Both the position numbers and the translations under genes were made by a program. Under the pieces are notes generated by a model that was given only the letters and a program-made list of their open reading frames with translations, made no database searches and was not told the DNA's origin. A DNA stretch of 64,000 bases from positions 20,733,509 through 20,797,508 of the forward strand of contig JAUZTB010000069.1 of NCBI GenBank assembly GCA_034780895.1, written 5' to 3'. The first letter of the stretch is position 1, and every line of letters starts with the position of its first letter. This document shows positions 63,941 through 64,000 of this stretch, piece by piece. The stretch comes from Rhynchobatus australiae (taxonomy: Eukaryota).

Positions 63941-64000
63941 ATAAAAAAAATGTGAAGTAAATAAAAGCCAGAAGCAGAATGAAGTAAATACAAAGAAAAA

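Noticed and set aside
45542-64000. Next upstream ASTN2 exon (...KCLEPDGLY-like) and the nested TRIM32 gene known from mammals
   Set aside because: No matching translation was found. Minus-strand donor-like sites near 54590, 53962 and 51245 do not give ASTN2-like peptides. These features probably lie beyond the window or in a gap.

Overview
This is vertebrate DNA from a draft assembly with many N gaps. The repeat content (HE1-like V-SINEs, HER1/CR1 LINEs, DeuSINEs, Rex1 LINEs) points to a cartilaginous fish, probably a ray or relative (inference). The only host gene is the 3' end of astrotactin-2 (ASTN2) on the minus strand: three coding exons (45541-45441, 40348-40165, 3383-3146) with GT-AG sites and matching phases, a 36.8 kb last intron and a 3' UTR with candidate poly(A) signals. 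The next upstream exon was not found, so it lies right of the window or in a gap. Introns are filled with decayed retroelements, a Penelope GIY-YIG fragment, a probable Tigger-like MITE and a probable LTR end. The most interesting signal is about a dozen Penelope-type terminal-repeat remnants that fit a minimal type I hammerhead ribozyme. Many form inverted pairs, and two well-preserved copies lie in ASTN2 sense on either side of the penultimate exon. Other leads: a candidate in-frame alternative last exon, a V-SINE with a Rex1-like tail and an unexplained ~150 bp duplication. There are no prokaryotic features (CRISPR, operons, rRNA). Repeat boundaries are approximate and were read by eye.
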